Assembly (NCBI GenBank): GCA_022703425.1 | Contig: JAKLDQ010000001.1 | Location: 36,243-100,242 of the forward strand | Origin: Patescibacteria group bacterium | GTDB taxonomy: Bacteria; Patescibacteriota; Minisyncoccia; Minisyncoccales; Staskawiczbacteraceae | Reading direction: 5' to 3' | DNA length: 64,000 bases | Shown here: positions 59,864 through 64,000 of the stretch, one piece after another | Position numbering within the stretch: position 1 is the stretch's first letter | Layout: every line of letters begins with the position of its first letter | The notes under the pieces: model-generated | Databases searched by the model: none | What the model saw: only the letters and a program-made list of their open reading frames with translations | Told to the model about the DNA's origin: nothing | Position numbers and translations under genes: made by a program

Positions 59864-60814
59864 ATGATTTTAGGGCACAAAAAGCAATGGGGTTTCCTAC
59901 GGAATAAGTTTGAGCTGGGACAATTATCGCATGCGTATCTCCTTACAGGCGAAAGGCAGCTCGGTAAAAAAACCTTTGCAAAAGAAATAGCAAAGATTAT
60001 AAACTGCACCGGAGAAAATAAGTCCTGCGGGGAATGCAACGGCTGCCGGCTTATTGAAAAAGGAAGCCATCCCGATCTGCTGATTGTTGAGCGGAAAGAA
60101 GACCAAAAAGAAATCCAGATTGCCCAAATTAGAGATGCACAGAACTTTTTAGGATACAAATCCTATTATGGAGGATATAAAACCGTAATTGTGGACAATG
60201 CAGAGGAGATGAGTATTGAGGCGCAAAACTGTTTTCTAAAAACTCTTGAAGAGCCGAAGGGGAGAACAATAATTTTTATGATTTCTTCAAATCCTGCCTT
60301 GCTGCTTTCAACAATCTATTCAAGATGCCAGAACGTTAAATTTTTTAAAGTGAAGGATAGCGAAATTAAGGAATATTTAAGGTCTCAGGGGTTAAAATCA
60401 CAGGATGCAGAATTAGTATCATTAATATCTGAAGGCAGGCCGGGCAGGGCGGATGAGTTTGTAAAAAATCCTGATAAATTATCCGAGGACAAAAATGCGG
60501 TGCAAGAGATTATTAAAATAGCAGATTCAGAACTGGGGGCTAAATTCCAATTTTCAAAATCTACTGATCTGGAAGGAGAGAGATTGAAAAAAATATTTGA
60601 GGTTCTGCAAAGATACTTCAGGCACCTCTTGCTTTTGAAGACGGGAGCTGGTAATGCAAACGGATTTTATCCTGAGCCGACTGCAAAACAAAAAAGCTAT
60701 TCTGTCGAAAAAATTAAGAATATTTTAGAATTAATTGAGAAAGTTGACTACAAAATATCATCTACCAATGCAAGCCCGAAGCTTGCTTTGGAAGTAGTAT
60801 TAATGCAATTATAA
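59864..60814 (+). CDS. holB: DNA polymerase III delta-prime subunit
   Basis: HAYLLTGERQLGKKTFA; CGECNGCRLI zinc module; clamp-loader AAA+ fold. Confidence 0.75.
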   Translation: MILGHKKQWGFLRNKFELGQLSHAYLLTGERQLGKKTFAKEIAKIINCTGENKSCGECNGCRLIEKGSHPDLLIVERKEDQKEIQIAQIRDAQNFLGYKSYYGGYKTVIVDNAEEMSIEAQNCFLKTLEEPKGRTIIFMISSNPALLLSTIYSRCQNVKFFKVKDSEIKEYLRSQGLKSQDAELVSLISEGRPGRADEFVKNPDKLSEDKNAVQEIIKIADSELGAKFQFSKSTDLEGERLKKIFEVLQRYFRHLLLLKTGAGNANGFYPEPTAKQKSYSVEKIKNILELIEKVDYKISSTNASPKLALEVVLMQL

Positions 60815-60818
60815 ATAT

Positions 60819-61376
60819 ATGCCGACGTATAAAGAATTTATAGACCGAGTTAAGCCGGAATTTGATAAAACATTTAAATTTTTAGAAGGCGAGGTTTCAA
60901 AAATAAGGACATCGAGAGCGTCTCCGGCTCTGGTTGAAGACATTGAGGTGACTGCTTTTGGTTCCAAGTTTGCATTGAAGCAGCTCGGCGCGATTTCCAC
61001 TCCTCAAACAAATCAGATTGTCATACAGCCATGGGATTCTTCTTATATTGAGCCGATTGGAAAAGCGATTGCGCAGTCGGGACTTGGAATGTCGGCGGCA
61101 GTGGATAAAAATTTAATCAGGTTAAATCTCCCGACCCTTACCGAGGAATACCGAGTGGGTTTGACAAAAGCTTTAAATGAAAAAGCAGAACAGGCAAGAC
61201 AGACAATCAGGCGCTGGAGAGAAGATGCATGGAACAAAATACAGGATGCGCAAAAAGCAAAACAGATTTCAGAGGACGACAAATTCCGCGGAAAAGACGA
61301 ATTGCAGAAAATAATTGACGAATACAACGAGAAAATTAAAAATTTAATCGAAAGGAAAAAGTCGGAGATAATGTAA
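60819..61376 (+). CDS. frr: ribosome recycling factor
   Basis: VSKIRTSRASPALVEDIEV ... LPTLTEEYR. Confidence 0.85.
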   Translation: MPTYKEFIDRVKPEFDKTFKFLEGEVSKIRTSRASPALVEDIEVTAFGSKFALKQLGAISTPQTNQIVIQPWDSSYIEPIGKAIAQSGLGMSAAVDKNLIRLNLPTLTEEYRVGLTKALNEKAEQARQTIRRWREDAWNKIQDAQKAKQISEDDKFRGKDELQKIIDEYNEKIKNLIERKKSEIM

Positions 61377-61396
61377 AAAAAGCCCTGCGAACAGAG

Positions 61397-61609
61397 CTAT
61401 TCGGAAAACTGCTTATACCAGACGAGTAAAGTTGTTACCGTGACGAACTGATGGCCGACAAAGCCGGAATTGCTGAAGGTTTCACGGGTTAATATGTCCG
61501 TTGTCGGCGGGAGGCTTTCAATCCAGCCGTTTATCTCTTTTTCAAATTCTCCGATGTGATCTTTGTTAAACTGGATGCACTGAAAAACTTTTACCTGGAT
61601 TGCCATCAA
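61397..61609 (-). CDS. hypothetical small protein, possibly DUF4177-like fold
   Basis: 70 aa; EFEKEINGWIESL resembles the ELEKELxxxGxxGWEL core of the island paralogs; weak. Confidence 0.35.
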   Translation of the reverse strand: MMAIQVKVFQCIQFNKDHIGEFEKEINGWIESLPPTTDILTRETFSNSGFVGHQFVTVTTLLVWYKQFSE

Positions 61610-61681
61610 TATCTCCTTTTCAAGGTTCCACTAATTTATTTATACGAATTTTAAAAATATTATTATCAAAGCGGAAACATT

Positions 61682-62839
61682 ATGCTATTAACTACAATTT
61701 TTACACTTGTAATCGCGCTTTTAAGCCTGATTGCTTTGATGATAATCCACGAATTCGGCCATTTTATAATTGCAAAAAAATTCGGAGTGCGTGTGGATGA
61801 GTTCGGCATTGGGTATCCTCCGCGCTTATTCGGGAAAAAAATAGGAGAAACAATTTACTCAGTAAACTTGATTCCGCTTGGCGCGTTTGTCAGGATTTAC
61901 GGAGAGGAGGGCGGACTGGACGATTATAGGAGTTTTTCAAAACTTGCCATTTGGAAGAGAGTCCTTATTGTTATCGGCGGAGTCGCCGCTTTTTGGATTG
62001 CATCAATTGTCATTTTTACTGTTGTATTCGGAATTGGCGCGGATATCCCGGTTGGCGACCAGGATGTTAGCGGGGTAACGAATCCTAAGGTGACTGTTGT
62101 TTCTGTTGCATCGGACTCTCCAGCTCAGAATGCGGGATTACAGAGCGGGGACGTGTTGGTTGAAATTAAAAGCCAGAGATATGAAAGCGCTCAGGTCGGA
62201 CCGGAAGTTTTAAAAATTGACAAAATAAAGGATTTTCAGGACTTTGTAAAAGCCCATGTTTCGGAAAAGGTGGACATTGTATTTGAAAGAAACGGCGAAA
62301 GAATGGAAACTTCACTAAGCCCGCGCGAAACGTATCCGCAGGGGCAGGGAGCGGTTGGCGTGGGACTCGAAAGAATGGCGACTTTGATTCAAAAATATCC
62401 CTGGTATCTAACGCCCATTCAAGGCGCAAAATATACGTGGGAAATTACGGTAAAATCAGTCGCCGGTTTGTGGGATATTTTAAGAAATTTGTTTGTCGGA
62501 AAAGGCGTTCCTCAGGGCGCGGAATTGGCAGGGCCGTTGGGAATAACAGTATTTTTGGCGAGAGCGGTTGATTATGGAGCCGGATTCTTCCTGTATTTCA
62601 TCGGGGCGATTTCTGTTTTTATCGCAATTTTTAATCTTTTTCCAATTCCGGCGCTGGACGGGGGGAAGCTTGTTTTTCTTCTGATCGAGAAAATCAAAGG
62701 AAAACCGGTGTCTCCAAAAGTTGAGCAGATTGTAACCGCAACATTCTTCTTTATACTTATTGGTTTGTCTCTGTTTATTACTGTGCGATTTGACATCCCC
62801 AGAGTGGCCGATTTTTTCAAATCAAGCCTGCAGAGGTAG
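61682..62839 (+). CDS. rseP: RIP metalloprotease RseP (M50 family with PDZ domain)
   Basis: HEFGHFIIAK; PDZ region; LFPIPALDGG. Confidence 0.85.
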   Translation: MLLTTIFTLVIALLSLIALMIIHEFGHFIIAKKFGVRVDEFGIGYPPRLFGKKIGETIYSVNLIPLGAFVRIYGEEGGLDDYRSFSKLAIWKRVLIVIGGVAAFWIASIVIFTVVFGIGADIPVGDQDVSGVTNPKVTVVSVASDSPAQNAGLQSGDVLVEIKSQRYESAQVGPEVLKIDKIKDFQDFVKAHVSEKVDIVFERNGERMETSLSPRETYPQGQGAVGVGLERMATLIQKYPWYLTPIQGAKYTWEITVKSVAGLWDILRNLFVGKGVPQGAELAGPLGITVFLARAVDYGAGFFLYFIGAISVFIAIFNLFPIPALDGGKLVFLLIEKIKGKPVSPKVEQIVTATFFFILIGLSLFITVRFDIPRVADFFKSSLQR

Positions 62840-62879
62840 CAAATTATTTCTGCATTTAAAATACTAAAAAATAAAAATA

Positions 62880-64000
62880 TGCTTCAATCAAAGCTTTTTT
62901 GTAAGACTCAAAAAGAAAAATCAGCTGATTCGTCCTCTGTATCGCACGATCTGCTTGTGCGTGCAGGCTTTGTCGACCAGCTTATGGCAGGCGTTTATAC
63001 TTATATGCCTCTGGGCTTTAAGGTTTTACAGAAAGTTGAATGCATTATCAGGGAAGAAATGGAAAAAGCCGGCGGGCAGGAAATTTTGATGCCTGTCCTT
63101 CATCCTAAAGAAAACTGGGAAAAAACCGGCAGATGGGATTCTCTTGATATTTTGTTTAAGGTAAAAGGCGGAGGCGAAAAAGAATATGCCTTGGGTCCCA
63201 CGCATGAAGAGGTTGTTTCTCCATTGGCAAAAAAATTTGTATTGTCTTATAAAGATCTTCCATTTTCAGTTTTTCAGATACAAACAAAGTTCCGGGACGA
63301 GCTTAGGGCAAAATCAGGAATCCTGCGAACAAGAGAATTTTTAATGAAAGATTTTTACTCGTTTCATTCAGACCAGTCAGATCTTGATAAGTTTTATGAC
63401 AAAATGGCAAAAGTCTATGCGAACATTTTTAAGCGGGCCGGCATAGGCAAACAAACATACCAGACTCTGGCATCAGGAGGAAGCTTTTCAAAATATTCAG
63501 ATGAATTCCAGACGGTGACTGAAGCCGGCGAAGACATTATTTATGTCTGCTCAAAATGCAAGATTGCCATAAACCGGGAAATTAAGGAAGAAAACCAGTT
63601 CTGCCCGAAATGCAAAAATTCAGAATTTGAAACAAAAAAATCCGTCGAGGTGGGAAACATCTTCAAGCTTGGCACAAAGTATTCCGCCCCTTTTGACCTG
63701 AAATTCCGGGACAAAGACGGAATAGAAAAGCCGGTATTAATGGGGTGTTACGGAATCGGGCTTGGAAGGGTTCTGGGAGCTGTTGTGGAAATCAGCCATG
63801 ATGAAAAAGGCATTATTTGGCCGGCAGAAATTGCGCCTTTTTCTGCGCATCTGATTCAGATAGAGAACACGCCGAAGGTTTTAAAAACTGCGCAAAAATT
63901 ATACACAGATTTACAAAAAGAAAATATTGAGATATTATACGACGAAAGACAAGACAAAACTGCCGGCGAAAAATTCGCCGATGCAGATCTGATGGGAATT
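62880..64000 (+). CDS. proS: proline--tRNA ligase, 5' partial (runs off the window end)
   Basis: class II aaRS motifs; zinc-binding CSKCK...CPKC insertion; open to the end of the window. Confidence 0.8.

Overview
This window is a low-GC (~38-40%) stretch of a reduced genome, probably Patescibacteria/CPR-like. The evidence is that no rpmD (L30) sits between rpsE and rplO, that rpsN is the zinc type-Z form, that several ribosomal proteins carry lysine-rich N-terminal extensions, and that there are many secreted repeat proteins. The window divides into six parts:

(1) 140-5700: a copper-homeostasis island. It runs: promoter and palindromic operator, then a Cys-rich metallothionein-like peptide, CsoR, an HMA-permease-cupredoxin fusion, a DUF1858 redox protein, CopA, a thioredoxin-fold protein and a membrane CxxC protein.

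(2) 6300-9400: housekeeping and accessory genes. These are an SDR, an unannotated 53-aa zinc-ribbon ORF, a ComEC-like MBL protein and a second adenylate-kinase paralog with a Zn lid.

(3) 9700-24000: a cell-surface block. It holds a Wzy/WaaL-like ligase with TPR repeats and a Thr/Gly-rich surface protein. Two tandem secreted paralogs follow, sharing a 433-bp exactly identical 3' segment. Next is an 859-aa membrane protein built from thirteen ~31-aa four-cysteine modules, then a histidine kinase plus receiver-only regulator, and a BNR/Asp-box secreted protein.

(4) 24000-32000: an unannotated tRNA-Pro(GGG) and rpmB on the minus strand, an M50 peptidase, then rpsL-rpsG-fusA. The normally contiguous fusA-tuf junction is split by a ~2.3-kb GC-rich (~50%) insertion on the opposite strand. 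That insertion carries a near-consensus promoter, a 25-aa hydrophobic peptide with a perfect Shine-Dalgarno sequence, four tandem DUF4177-like paralogs and a ~320-bp nested-palindrome element.

(5) 32000-54100: the S10-spc-alpha ribosomal superoperon, with secY, adk and map. It is interrupted by tpiA, a hypothetical protein, a ~640-nt GC-rich promoter-to-terminator noncoding transcript of unresolved identity, a short alaS, infA and rpmJ.

(6) 54200-64000: a GC-rich PEP-CTERM protein, a standalone Cas4-like nuclease, a PEGA-domain protein, murA, mreB, holB, frr, a small DUF4177-like ORF, rseP and a proS fragment.

No CRISPR array, transposase or rRNA was seen.
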